A DNA stretch of 64,000 bases from an uncultured Clostridia bacterium (GTDB lineage Bacteria > Bacillota > Clostridia > Christensenellales > UBA1242). Within the stretch, counting starts at the first letter, position 1, and the number at the start of each line of letters is the position of its first letter. Made by a program: the position numbers and the translations under genes. Shown one piece after another: positions 9,367 to 18,059 of this stretch. Location of the stretch: contig CALVNE010000003.1 of assembly GCA_944349515.1 (NCBI GenBank), positions 3,331-67,330 of the forward strand, in the 5' to 3' direction. A model generated the notes under the pieces. That model did not search any database and was not told the DNA's origin. It saw only the letters and a list, made by a program, of their open reading frames with translations.

Positions 9367-10380
9367 ATGAAAGCGGAAGAAAAGCAAAAGTATTTTGTTA
9401 AGCGTAACTACTACACTGCTCTTGATGCGAGCAAGGTTTTTTTGTATGTCCTACTGCTTCCGCTTTTGTTTTCCCTGGTGTTTGCCTACATTGGCTACGG
9501 CATCGCAAGTTTAGCGGGGATAGAATTTCTGGAAGGAGAGAATTTTCTAACCGCGCTCTACGAAAACCACCTTTGGTTCACCATTCCCTACTGCCTAATT
9601 TCGCAAATAACCTTTATTTCCGTCTTTTTCGTTTATAACAGCAAAAAAGCGATATCCTTTTCCGCCGTAAAACTTAAAACGAGAAAGATAAGCGCGGTTA
9701 CCACGCTTCTGTCGGCACTTTTTGGCATAGTCTTCGTTGTGGGACTGTATGCGCTCATCGAGGGGTGCTTTGGCGAACTTTTCCGTTTGGGAGGCTTGGA
9801 ATCGTCGGTCACGCCAATACCGCTAGACAACTTTTGGTGGTACCTTTTGAATATCCTACTCTTTGCCATTATTCCGGCGTTTTGCGAGGAGATTATCTTT
9901 CGCGGGGTGGTGCAAAACGGGCTTAGACGCGAATTTGGCAAAATTTTCGCCATTTTTATTTCTGCACTTCTCTTCGCGCTCGTACACCAAAACATCACTC
10001 AGTTTATCTATCCGTTCATCATGGGCGTGGTGTTCAGCGTGGTGGTGGAGTGCACCGGCAACCTCTTTTACGCCATGATAATGCACCTTTTTAACAACAT
10101 AACCTCTCTCACCATTCAATACCTTTTAAACATCGGCGCGCTTACCTTGCCAACCGAAATTACTGCTGTGTATGTTGTGGTCGCTTTGGTGCTTGCCCTC
10201 GTCACCGCTGGGCTATTTTTGCTTTTCTATTTCTTCTACCTTCGCAAAATTAAGAAGGAGGAAGAGGTGGAAGTGGGACAGGTGGAGGAAAACACCATTC
10301 GCCTTAAAAAAGTCCCGCTCATACTCTACATCGGAATTGCCATTTCGGCAATTTTAGTGGTTATAAATGCGGTGATTTAA
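9367..10380 (+). CDS. CPBP family intramembrane glutamic endopeptidase (CAAX protease-like)
   Basis: 337 aa, polytopic. EEIIFRG, FALVHQ, HLFNN motifs. Confidence 0.8.
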   Translation: MKAEEKQKYFVKRNYYTALDASKVFLYVLLLPLLFSLVFAYIGYGIASLAGIEFLEGENFLTALYENHLWFTIPYCLISQITFISVFFVYNSKKAISFSAVKLKTRKISAVTTLLSALFGIVFVVGLYALIEGCFGELFRLGGLESSVTPIPLDNFWWYLLNILLFAIIPAFCEEIIFRGVVQNGLRREFGKIFAIFISALLFALVHQNITQFIYPFIMGVVFSVVVECTGNLFYAMIMHLFNNITSLTIQYLLNIGALTLPTEITAVYVVVALVLALVTAGLFLLFYFFYLRKIKKEEEVEVGQVEENTIRLKKVPLILYIGIAISAILVVINAVI

Positions 10381-10406
10381 TAGTAAAATACTTTTAGGAG
10401 AAAAAC

Positions 10407-11528
10407 TTGGAAACTAGAAAGACCTTTTCGTCACTTTTAATTTATTATATCGTCGTTTGCATCTTCATTGCGGTGCGAATGCTTAGTTATTTTAGTGTGT
10501 TTTCTTTTTTGGGGAGCGCTGGCAATTATATCGTAAATGGGTTTATGCAGGTGGGAGTTTTGTTCCTCTTCTCTATAATCACCTATAAACTTATGAATAA
10601 GCAAACTTTTCGGGCAACTTTTGAGGATTTTAACTATAGAAAAACCTCCTACAAGGTCATCTTTATCGCCATTGGGCTTGGCGTTGTCATCTATTTTCTC
10701 AACGTTTTTGTGTCAAGTTTCTTCTACGCTATTTTAGACGGACTAGGGTATGAGTCGCCCTATGCTTCCTCGTCCGCGGGCGGGAGTGTGTGGTCGCTTA
10801 TTCTCAGTTTAATTTTCACCGCCATTTTGCCGGCAATTTGCGAGGAAACTTTAAACCGTGGTATGCTTTTAAACGGCACGCGCGGGCTTGGCATGAAAAA
10901 GTGTATTCTGCTCAACGGACTACTTTTCGGGCTTCTGCACCTCAACATTGAGCAGTTCTTTTACGCCACACTTATCGGCTTTTTCCTCGGCTTTGTGGTG
11001 TATGTGACGGAGTCTATCTATCCTTGCATGATAATTCACTTTATGAACAATGGTATTGGTGTGGTCCTTTCCTTTTTGACATCAAACGGGTATATTTCGG
11101 GCGGAATTTTCACGCAGTTAAACAACCTTACTTCCGCGAATCCGGTCTTGGGAATTTTGGTTATGAGCGTGGTGTTTGTTGTGCTGGTCTTTCTTCTTGG
11201 AGTGCTGACGCGAATGTTACTGCGCGCATCGGTGGAGGCTAATTTCCACGCCAAACAAAAAGCACTTCAAGACCTCTTCACAAAGTTTGCCTACTTTGAA
11301 GAGGTGGATAAAATTCAAAACGAGAACTCTATCGACGAGAGCGCGGAGGCAAAAGAGGCAATGCTTGATATGGACAAGATTAAGGGCTTTTTGGAAGAGC
11401 ATCCAGACGCCGTTGTAATTAGAACCAAAAAGACAAAAATGAACTCTCTCTCCAAGGCTATTTTAATTTTTACCATTACCATGTCGGCACTTGTGACGAT
11501 ATTTTCCTTTATTTGGGGTGTGATATGA
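10407..11528 (+). CDS. CPBP family intramembrane glutamic endopeptidase, second paralogue
   Basis: 373 aa. CEETLNRG, GLLH, HFMNN motifs. TTG start preceded by AGGAG. Confidence 0.75.
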   Translation: METRKTFSSLLIYYIVVCIFIAVRMLSYFSVFSFLGSAGNYIVNGFMQVGVLFLFSIITYKLMNKQTFRATFEDFNYRKTSYKVIFIAIGLGVVIYFLNVFVSSFFYAILDGLGYESPYASSSAGGSVWSLILSLIFTAILPAICEETLNRGMLLNGTRGLGMKKCILLNGLLFGLLHLNIEQFFYATLIGFFLGFVVYVTESIYPCMIIHFMNNGIGVVLSFLTSNGYISGGIFTQLNNLTSANPVLGILVMSVVFVVLVFLLGVLTRMLLRASVEANFHAKQKALQDLFTKFAYFEEVDKIQNENSIDESAEAKEAMLDMDKIKGFLEEHPDAVVIRTKKTKMNSLSKAILIFTITMSALVTIFSFIWGVI

Positions 11529-11983
11529 TAAATGTGACGATTGTTGCCGTTGGCAATTTAAAGGAAAAGTTTTTTAGTAGCGCTCAAAATGAATATCTTA
11601 AACGACTTTCGGCATTTTGCAAGATTAAAATTGTGGAGTTAAAAGAGTTTAACGAACTTAAAAACATCGACCTCATCAAGGAAAAGGAGGGCGAAGAAAT
11701 CTTAAAACATCTTTCCTCCTATTCCATACTTTTAGATGTTGCAGGAAAGGAGATGTCAAGCGAAGAATTGTCGGAAAATATCGAAAAATTGTCGCTAAAT
11801 ACGTCCTCGCTGACTTTCGTGATAGGTGGCTCTTACGGCGTCAGCGAGAATGTGAAAAGGGCGTGTAAGCAAAAGATTTCCTTTTCCAAGATGACCTTTC
11901 CGCACAACCTTTTCAGAATTATGCTACTTGAACAACTCTACCGCGCTTTTACCATACTTAACGGCAAATCGTATCATAAGTAG
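11525..11983 (+). CDS. rlmH: 23S rRNA (pseudouridine1915-N3)-methyltransferase RlmH
   Basis: MINVTIVAVGNLKEK.., ..FVIGGSYG.. and the SPOUT C-terminus. The ATG at 11525 is preferred over the upstream TTG. Confidence 0.9.
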   Translation: MINVTIVAVGNLKEKFFSSAQNEYLKRLSAFCKIKIVELKEFNELKNIDLIKEKEGEEILKHLSSYSILLDVAGKEMSSEELSENIEKLSLNTSSLTFVIGGSYGVSENVKRACKQKISFSKMTFPHNLFRIMLLEQLYRAFTILNGKSYHK

Positions 11984-11985
11984 CA

Positions 11986-12035
11986 GAATATTTGGTGTGG
12001 TATGCATTGCATACTACACTGTATATTGTTTTTTT
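11986..12035 (+). terminator. hairpin GTGTGGTATGC-ATT-GCATACTACAC plus T-run (GTAGTAT palindrome family)
   Basis: Inverted repeat read directly, followed by T7. Immediately after the rlmH stop. Confidence 0.7.
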
Positions 12036-12319
12036 GTTATTTTATTTTCATACCTACCTTTAAAAAAAGCGGGTTTTAAAATAAAGCGCTTTGTCTATTT
12101 TATTTTGCGCCTTACTTAGGTGTGCGATATAACGTGCTTCTCAATTCACCTCACGCGCTAAGAGTTTGTAACACATTTTTTTGCGTGCAATAATTTTAAG
12201 AGGATAAAATTCATTTTTTTATAGAACTCATTTTTTATTCCCACAAAATTCGCTTTTTATTTCTCATTTATCTCTTTCTAAGTGGCGCATTTTTAAATTT
12301 GAAATATTCATGTTTTTAC

Positions 12320-12348
12320 TTGACAAACTGTTTAAAATTTTGTATCAT
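12320..12348 (+). promoter_or_regulatory. sigmaA-type promoter of the SRP RNA
   Basis: TTGACA (12320-12325), 17-nt spacer, TATCAT (12343-12348). Confidence 0.6.
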
Positions 12349-12352
12349 ATAT

Positions 12353-12628
12353 GCGCTGGGATAGATGGGGAGTTAGCGGTGCCCTGTAACCTGCAATCCG
12401 CTATAGCAGGATTGAACGCTTGCCTAGGAGTAATTTGGTTGAAGATGTGCGTAAAATAAGGGCGTTGAAATCAAGGTCTTATGCAATTGGTAACTCTGAA
12501 CCATGTCAGGTCCTGACGGAAGCATCATTAAGGAGATCTATCGATGTGCCATAAGGTAGCTTTGGTGGAGTTTTTGTTCTACGAAACAGTCAGTCTTATT
12601 ATTTCAAAGCATTCTCTCAGCTATCATC
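12353..12628 (+). ncRNA. ffs: signal recognition particle RNA, long Bacillus-type (with Alu domain)
   Basis: Domain IV core CCATGTCAGGTCCTGACGGAAGCATCA. The 5' GGTGCCCTGTAACC.. is an Alu-like region. Own promoter and terminator. Ends are approximate. Confidence 0.85.
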
Positions 12629-12657
12629 AAAACAAGGTTGAAGCCTTGTTTTTTTGT
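12629..12657 (+). terminator. rho-independent terminator of the SRP RNA
   Basis: AACAAGG-TTGAAG-CCTTGTT followed by T7. Confidence 0.8.
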
Positions 12658-12729
12658 TTTTATTTATATAATTATTGACTAATTTGAATATTTTTGATAT
12701 AATACATCTAACCATAGAGGAGGTAAATT

Positions 12730-13278
12730 ATGGAAAAGAAAAAACTAACACTAACATCATTAAATAAGGAGGAATATCCAGACAAAGAAGTTGAATGTGT
12801 TGTTATTAAAGATATGAAAGCATATGTTCAATATCTTTTGGAAAATGGTGCAAAAATAAGATACGCACAAAAGACAGCTTCTGTTTCAGCAAGAGTTGGG
12901 GTTATTGGAGAAGAAGTTGACACTCGTCCAAGAGTTGAAAGAGATGGACAGGTGTATGTTATCGGCGAAACCAAGGGAAAGGTTAAAGTTGAAGGTAGTA
13001 TGATTGTTAGAAATCCAGATGGAGAAGAGTACATCGTTAAGCCTGATAAATTTGCAAGTAAATATCGTGCAACAAGCGAAAAAGGCGTATATAAGCCAAC
13101 TGATGGACCTATTAAGTATGTTAAAATCGATCAGGATATTGCGTTCACTGCTTCATGGGGTGAGATGTATGGCGCAAAGGGAGCTGTTTTGAATATTTCA
13201 AGTTTAGATGATGTTTATGTTATTCAAAACGAAGCATTTAGCAAAACCTACACTGATGTTGAAAGAACAAAGGAATAA
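12730..13278 (+). CDS. hypothetical protein (no family recognised)
   Basis: 182-aa ORF with strong GAGGAGG RBS. By eye its codon usage resembles rpsB/tsf. Bounded by a bidirectional terminator. Confidence 0.7.
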   Translation: MEKKKLTLTSLNKEEYPDKEVECVVIKDMKAYVQYLLENGAKIRYAQKTASVSARVGVIGEEVDTRPRVERDGQVYVIGETKGKVKVEGSMIVRNPDGEEYIVKPDKFASKYRATSEKGVYKPTDGPIKYVKIDQDIAFTASWGEMYGAKGAVLNISSLDDVYVIQNEAFSKTYTDVERTKE

Positions 13279-13310
13279 AATGTAATTATAAACCAAAAAT
13301 ATAAATAATT

Positions 13311-13363
13311 AAAAAATCACACCAAGTTATCTTTAAAGGTAGATTTTGTGGTGTGATTTTTTT
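13311..13363. terminator. bidirectional terminator between convergent genes
   Basis: AAAAAATCACACCA ... TGGTGTGATTTTTTT, with an A-run on one side and a T-run on the other. Confidence 0.6.
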
Positions 13364-13420
13364 CTATGATGCCGAATGGTGATTGTTTGCGTATTATGTA
13401 AGAGCATGAATTTGTTGCGC

Positions 13421-13612
13421 TTACATCTTTTTCATTTCTTTTTTCATCTTTTCAAGTTTTGGTTCGACCTTGTCTTTCATCTCGTTAATCTCTTTCTTTA
13501 CCGCTTTTTCGCCTTTGTTGACCATGGACTTTGCCTCTTGCGAGTGCTTGTAAAGAAGAGCGCCTGTTATCATGCCTGCACCAAAGCCGAGAAGTGTCAT
13601 TAATTCTTTCAT
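13421..13612 (-). CDS. YtxH-like small membrane-associated protein
   Basis: 63 aa. N-terminal GFGAGMITGALL helix followed by a K/E-rich coiled region. GGGAGGAAGAT precedes the ATG at 13612. Confidence 0.7.
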   Translation of the reverse strand: MKELMTLLGFGAGMITGALLYKHSQEAKSMVNKGEKAVKKEINEMKDKVEPKLEKMKKEMKKM

Positions 13613-13891
13613 ATCTTCCTCCCTATTTATATTTTCTCCAAATTTCGATAAAATATGCAAAACATTGGGACAGACACCAAACTTTTAAAACGCGGACACG
13701 GATATTTAAACATATCCTAACCGCTAAAAGCTTTCTCTTCCCAGTCCTCTTCCCTGTAGGTGATTTTTGATTTATGCTCGCCGGGCAAAGCCCTTCCCCT
13801 CGCAAAATCAAAAATTGATTAAAAGTATGAAAGTCTAGCGCTGTGAGAAAAGTGGTTTTTATTATAGAATGAAATATAATTATTTAAAAAT

Positions 13892-13975
13892 CCATCCCTA
13901 ACTCTTCACTGCGAGCCAACGGCTCGCCTTCACTTTTCACTCTTAACTCCGTTCCGCTAGGAACGGCTCTTTTCT
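13892..13975 (-). repeat. AGTGAAGG-hairpin repeat element (short copy, reverse orientation)
   Basis: The minus strand reads CCGTTCC-TAGC-GGAACGG .. AGTGAAAAGTGAAGG-CGAGCCGTTGGCTCG-CAGTGAAGAGTTAGGGATGG. Confidence 0.8.
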
Positions 13976-14050
13976 TTTTCGACAAAATAACAAAAGATTA
14001 GTTAAGTTAAATTTACGCCCTTTCACATATAGTGCTTTAAGGGGTGGACT

Positions 14051-14953
14051 ATGTTAGGGAAAATTCTTCCGGATAAAATTTGGCTGATTATTAAGGATAA
14101 GGTCAACTTGAAGGCGGTGAACGAAATTCGCTTCCGTGCGGACAAGCCCATTCTTATATCCATGGGCGGTAAAAGTTATTTTCTAAGCCAAAAAGGCATC
14201 TCTTCAAGTTTAAGCGAGGCGTTATATTCCTCGAAAATCGTCATTGAGGACATCATTTTTCGCGCCAGCGAGTGCTCTATTTATTCCGTCAATGAGCAGA
14301 TTAAAAGAGGCTACATCATCACCGAGAACGGGCTGAGAATCGGCATTGGTGGCAATGTGGTGGAGGAGAACGGGCAGGTAAAGACAATGACGAATTTTAA
14401 TAGCATTAATATCAGAATTCCGCACATCGTTAAAAACTGCTCACTCTCGGCTTTTTCTAACATTGTGCATGACGGCATTATCGAAAATACGCTTATAATC
14501 TCTCCGCCGGGATGCGGTAAGACCACGTTCCTACGCGACTTTGTTATGCAACTAAGCGAACGAAACCTTCTATATAACGTTCTCTTGCTTGACGAGCGCG
14601 GGGAACTTGACACCAATTTAAGCGCCAACTTCTTCGACAAAATTGCCTTTTCAAGCAAAAAAATGGGCTTTGAAAACGGCATACGCGCGCTTTCGCCCGA
14701 CCTTATCGTCACCGACGAAGTGGGGCAAGAGGAGGACGTTGACGCCATTTTATACGCCTCCACTTGTGGTGTTAAAATACTCGCGTCCACCCACGCCGAC
14801 AGCATGGAAACCTTTTTAAAGAAGGACCTCTTTCAAAAACTTATCAAGGAAAAGGTCTTTAAGCGCTATGTGCTTTTATCTAAGCGAAACGGACCGGGCA
14901 CATATGAAGGGATTTATAATGAAAACTTCTCGCGTTTGTCAGCAAACTTTTAA
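14051..14953 (+). CDS. spoIIIAA: stage III sporulation protein AA (ATPase)
   Basis: 300 aa. Walker A ISPPGCGKTT and Walker B-like LIVTDEVG. First gene of the spoIIIA cluster. Confidence 0.9.
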   Translation: MLGKILPDKIWLIIKDKVNLKAVNEIRFRADKPILISMGGKSYFLSQKGISSSLSEALYSSKIVIEDIIFRASECSIYSVNEQIKRGYIITENGLRIGIGGNVVEENGQVKTMTNFNSINIRIPHIVKNCSLSAFSNIVHDGIIENTLIISPPGCGKTTFLRDFVMQLSERNLLYNVLLLDERGELDTNLSANFFDKIAFSSKKMGFENGIRALSPDLIVTDEVGQEEDVDAILYASTCGVKILASTHADSMETFLKKDLFQKLIKEKVFKRYVLLSKRNGPGTYEGIYNENFSRLSANF

Positions 14954-14999
14954 AGAGGACAAATTTTTAAAAGGATAAATTTAAAGAGGACAAATTTTT
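14949..14999 (+). repeat. two direct copies of TTTAAAGAGGACAAATTTTT (period 31)
   Basis: Read directly at 14949-14968 and 14980-14999. Copy 1 contains the spoIIIAA stop codon. Confidence 0.85.
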
Positions 15000-15013
15000 T
15001 CGATAAAAACGCT

Positions 15014-15131
15014 TTGCTTAGTAGAATTTACGCCACTTTTGTTAATCGAAAATTACACCATTTGATTAGTCGAACTATTATGATTTAATTGGTCAAATTT
15101 ACGCCACTTGCTAAGTGGAAATCAGCGCCAC
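15014..15131 (+). repeat. five degenerate ~23-24 nt tandem repeats (consensus about TTGnTTAGTnGAAATTACGCCAC)
   Basis: Units start at 15014, 15037, 15062, 15085 and 15108. ATTTACGCC also occurs at 14011. Confidence 0.7.
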
Positions 15132-15153
15132 AAAAAAACTAAAAGGAGGGGAA

Positions 15154-15648
15154 ATGAGATATATTTTGATTGCCTTTCTGTTTATTGTAAGTTTGGTGGT
15201 TGGCTACATTTTTTACAATAAATACGATAAGCGCAAAAAATTTTTCACCGCGCTAATCATGCTTGCCGAAAAACTTTCGGTGGAAATCAACTTCTCGCGT
15301 GAGAGGCTTAAAGTTTTAATTGAAAATTTTGATAAGAACACAGGGCAAAACCTTTTGGGAGTTGATGAGGGCTTTCTTTCCTACCTAGACCGCAAGGAGG
15401 AACTTGACGAGAAGGTGATTTTTAAAAAGGCGGACGTGCTTAAAAAAGAGGAAAAAGACTTTATTCTGCTCTTCTTAAAGACCCTTGGGCGAAGTGATGT
15501 TGAAAATCAAACAAAGGAAATTGCCTCTTTTTCTAGCCGTTTTCAGGAGATGAAAGGCAAATGCGATGTTGAGTACAAAAAATATGGCATGCTTTCTCTG
15601 AAACTTTCCCTTATTGCCGGGCTGTTCTTTGTGATTATTTTAATTTAA
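15154..15648 (+). CDS. spoIIIAB: stage III sporulation protein AB
   Basis: 164 aa with N-terminal TM. Position and size fit SpoIIIAB. AAGGAGGGG RBS before the ATG at 15154. Confidence 0.8.
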   Translation: MRYILIAFLFIVSLVVGYIFYNKYDKRKKFFTALIMLAEKLSVEINFSRERLKVLIENFDKNTGQNLLGVDEGFLSYLDRKEELDEKVIFKKADVLKKEEKDFILLFLKTLGRSDVENQTKEIASFSSRFQEMKGKCDVEYKKYGMLSLKLSLIAGLFFVIILI

Positions 15649-15803
15649 AACGGCGGGACTTTTAGAACTAAATTGATAAGTGGAAGTTTTTAAACTTATA
15701 AGAGAAAGGAAAAACGGTAACGAAAAATTTAAAAAAATGAATTGATTCCTTGCCAGCAAAAAAGTTTTTTTGAGTGTTAAAAAATAGATTAAAAGGGCGC
15801 GTT

Positions 15804-15998
15804 ATGGAGGTTGAAATTATTTTTAAAATTGCCGCCATTGGAATTTTGACTGCGGTGGTCAGCCAAATTCTTAAAAACAGTGGCAAAGACGACATCTCCA
15901 CGCTTGCCACCTTGGCGGGTGTGGTGATTGTGCTTATCATGGTGATTAACCTTATTGCCGACTTGTTCGACACTTTGCGGACGATATTTAATTTCTGA
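15804..15998 (+). CDS. spoIIIAC: stage III sporulation protein AC
   Basis: 64 aa, two TM helices, ..IFKIAAIGILTAVVSQILK..GKD.. typical of SpoIIIAC. Confidence 0.85.
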   Translation: MEVEIIFKIAAIGILTAVVSQILKNSGKDDISTLATLAGVVIVLIMVINLIADLFDTLRTIFNF

Positions 15999-16011
15999 AA
16001 GGAGGGCGAAT

Positions 16012-16404
16012 ATGGATTCTCTTTATAAGATTATCGGCGTTGCGCTTATAACCTGTGTCGCCACGCTTGTTGTTAAGCCTGTTCGCCCTGATTTTGCCGT
16101 TTTTATCTCAGTTGTGGGAGGGATAATCATCATCTTCATGCTTGCCGGCTACCTCACCGACATCTTTGATGTGTTCAACAAAATTTTTAATGTCACCAAT
16201 GTCAACTCGTCGCTCTACAAAATCATCTTTAAAATAATCGGCGTGGGCTATCTTGTGGAGTTCACCGCCAGTCTATGCTCCGACACCGGCAACAACAGCC
16301 TTGGCGATAAGGTGCTGCTTGGCGGAAAGATAGTTATCCTTGTTATGGCACTTCCGATTGTCACCAGCATTCTTGAAATTGTTATGGAGTTACTGCCGAC
16401 ATGA
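16012..16404 (+). CDS. spoIIIAD: stage III sporulation protein AD
   Basis: 130 aa, polytopic. YKIIGVALI.. and ..GVGYLVEFTASLCSDTGN.. motifs. AGGAGG RBS. Confidence 0.85.
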   Translation: MDSLYKIIGVALITCVATLVVKPVRPDFAVFISVVGGIIIIFMLAGYLTDIFDVFNKIFNVTNVNSSLYKIIFKIIGVGYLVEFTASLCSDTGNNSLGDKVLLGGKIVILVMALPIVTSILEIVMELLPT

Positions 16405-17651
16405 CGAAAAGGGAACTTAGAAAAATTAAACGTGTTCGGCGTCGGAAAGGCGGTGCGCTACTTGTTGTGTTTATCATTTTTATTGCCTCATTTTTTGGAA
16501 GTTTTACCATAGACGGCTACGTTTTAAACACGCCATATGTGGTCGCAGAGAGCGAAGAGCAGTCTTTGGAAGAAGAGATACAAGTGGAGGTAGATGAGCA
16601 ACTAGGCGAACTAGATTTTACCGACCTTGAAACATATATTTTGAGCCTTGAAAATTCGGTGAAGGATATGTTCTCCGGTGGGTTTATGGCGAAGGTGGAA
16701 AGTTTGATAAATGGCGACTACATCACCGGCGACAGTTTTCTAACCTCGGTTCTTTCGCTACTTTGGGACGGGCTTTTGGGCTTTTTGCCGATAATTGCCA
16801 GCATTATTGCGGTGTCGATACTGGGCGGAATGGTGGGGAATTTAAAGCCGTCCACCGGCGGGAAGTCGATAGGCAACGTTGTGCATTTTGTCACCTACGG
16901 CGTGGTGATAGTTTTCCTTGGCACAACGCTTGTGGAACTTATTGCGCTTGTAAGTAAAACGTTAACCTCGCTTAAGAGGTTAATGGATATGATTTTTCCG
17001 GTTTTGCTCACCCTTTTAACTGCGGTCGGTGGGAGCGTGTCGGTGGGGCTATATCAGCCGGCAATCGCCATGCTCAGTAACATTTTCATTTCGCTTATCA
17101 CCTATCTTCTTATGCCACTTTTCATTTTCTCGATAATCTTTTCCATAGTCGGCAACCTTTCAAATAATGTTAAACTCGACAAGTTCGTTTCTTTCTTGCA
17201 AGGCACATTCAAATGGACGATTGGACTTCTTTTCACCCTCTTTCTCGGCTTTATCACCATTCAAGGCATATCGGCAAGCGCAGTGGACGGGCTTTCCATT
17301 CGAACGGCTAAGTACACCATTAAAAGTTACGTGCCGATTGTTGGCGGGTATGTCAGCGACGGACTTTCAATTATCATGGCGTCAAGTATGCTCATTAAAA
17401 ATGCCGTCGGCACAGCGGGACTTCTTTTAATTTTGTTTAGCGTGCTTTCACCGGTGATAAACCTAGTTCTCTTTATGCTTTCGCTTAGGTTTATGGCGGG
17501 AATTATCGAGCCGATTGGCGACAAAAAGACGGCAAACTTCATTTCGGACATCTCTAAAAGCATGAGCCTTCTTATCGCCCTTTTGGTGGCGGTGGCGTTC
17601 ATGTATATGGTTATGACGGGGCTGGTTATGTGTAGTTGCAATTTGATTTGA
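16401..17651 (+). CDS. spoIIIAE: stage III sporulation protein AE
   Basis: 416 aa, polytopic membrane protein. 4-nt overlap with spoIIIAD. Conserved operon position. Confidence 0.85.
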   Translation: MTKRELRKIKRVRRRKGGALLVVFIIFIASFFGSFTIDGYVLNTPYVVAESEEQSLEEEIQVEVDEQLGELDFTDLETYILSLENSVKDMFSGGFMAKVESLINGDYITGDSFLTSVLSLLWDGLLGFLPIIASIIAVSILGGMVGNLKPSTGGKSIGNVVHFVTYGVVIVFLGTTLVELIALVSKTLTSLKRLMDMIFPVLLTLLTAVGGSVSVGLYQPAIAMLSNIFISLITYLLMPLFIFSIIFSIVGNLSNNVKLDKFVSFLQGTFKWTIGLLFTLFLGFITIQGISASAVDGLSIRTAKYTIKSYVPIVGGYVSDGLSIIMASSMLIKNAVGTAGLLLILFSVLSPVINLVLFMLSLRFMAGIIEPIGDKKTANFISDISKSMSLLIALLVAVAFMYMVMTGLVMCSCNLI

Positions 17652-17699
17652 AAATATTGCCTGAGCAAATAAAAAAGTGTTCTGTGAAAATAAATTGAA

Positions 17700-17962
17700 T
17701 AGTGAAGAGAAGGCATTGCAAACGCAAGGTTTTTGAGTGAAGGGAAGGCGCAATGCCTTCCAGTGAAGGAACGCTAGCACGTTCAGTGAAGGAAAGACTG
17801 CGTCTTTCAGTGAAGGTGAACCGGCAAACGCAGAGCGTTTGAGTGAAGGCGAACCGCCGGTTCACAGTGAAGGCGAGGCGGCGCCTCGCAGTGAAGAGAA
17901 GTCTATCGACTTCTAGTGAAGGCGAACCTTTGGTTCGCAGTTGTGGAAAGTTTTTGAAAGTG
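17700..17962 (+). repeat. AGTGAAGG-hairpin tandem array (9 units plus AGTTGTGG tail)
   Basis: AGTGAAG starts at 17701, 17736, 17762, 17785, 17809, 17842, 17866, 17890 and 17915; AGTTGTGG at 17939. Each interval holds a short palindrome. Confidence 0.95.
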
Positions 17963-18059
17963 CGATAATACTATAAATCTTTTAACAAATGCCAAAATCG
18001 ATTTAAGCAAAAACTTACAATTTTAAATTACAATAAATTTTTTCTTTCTCTAAATCAAT

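Noticed and set aside
13990-14050. A sigmaE-type promoter upstream of spoIIIAA (CATATAGT at 14026-14033).
   Set aside because: The -10-like element is plausible, but I could not find a convincing -35 (kmATATT-like) at the right spacing. The evidence is not strong enough to annotate it.
17327-17865. ORF-track entries 17327..17716, 17463..17780 and 17626..17865 (minus strand) spanning the repeat array.
   Set aside because: They run antisense to spoIIIAE and through the tandem repeats, have no RBS and give low-complexity translations. They are artefacts of repeat sequence.
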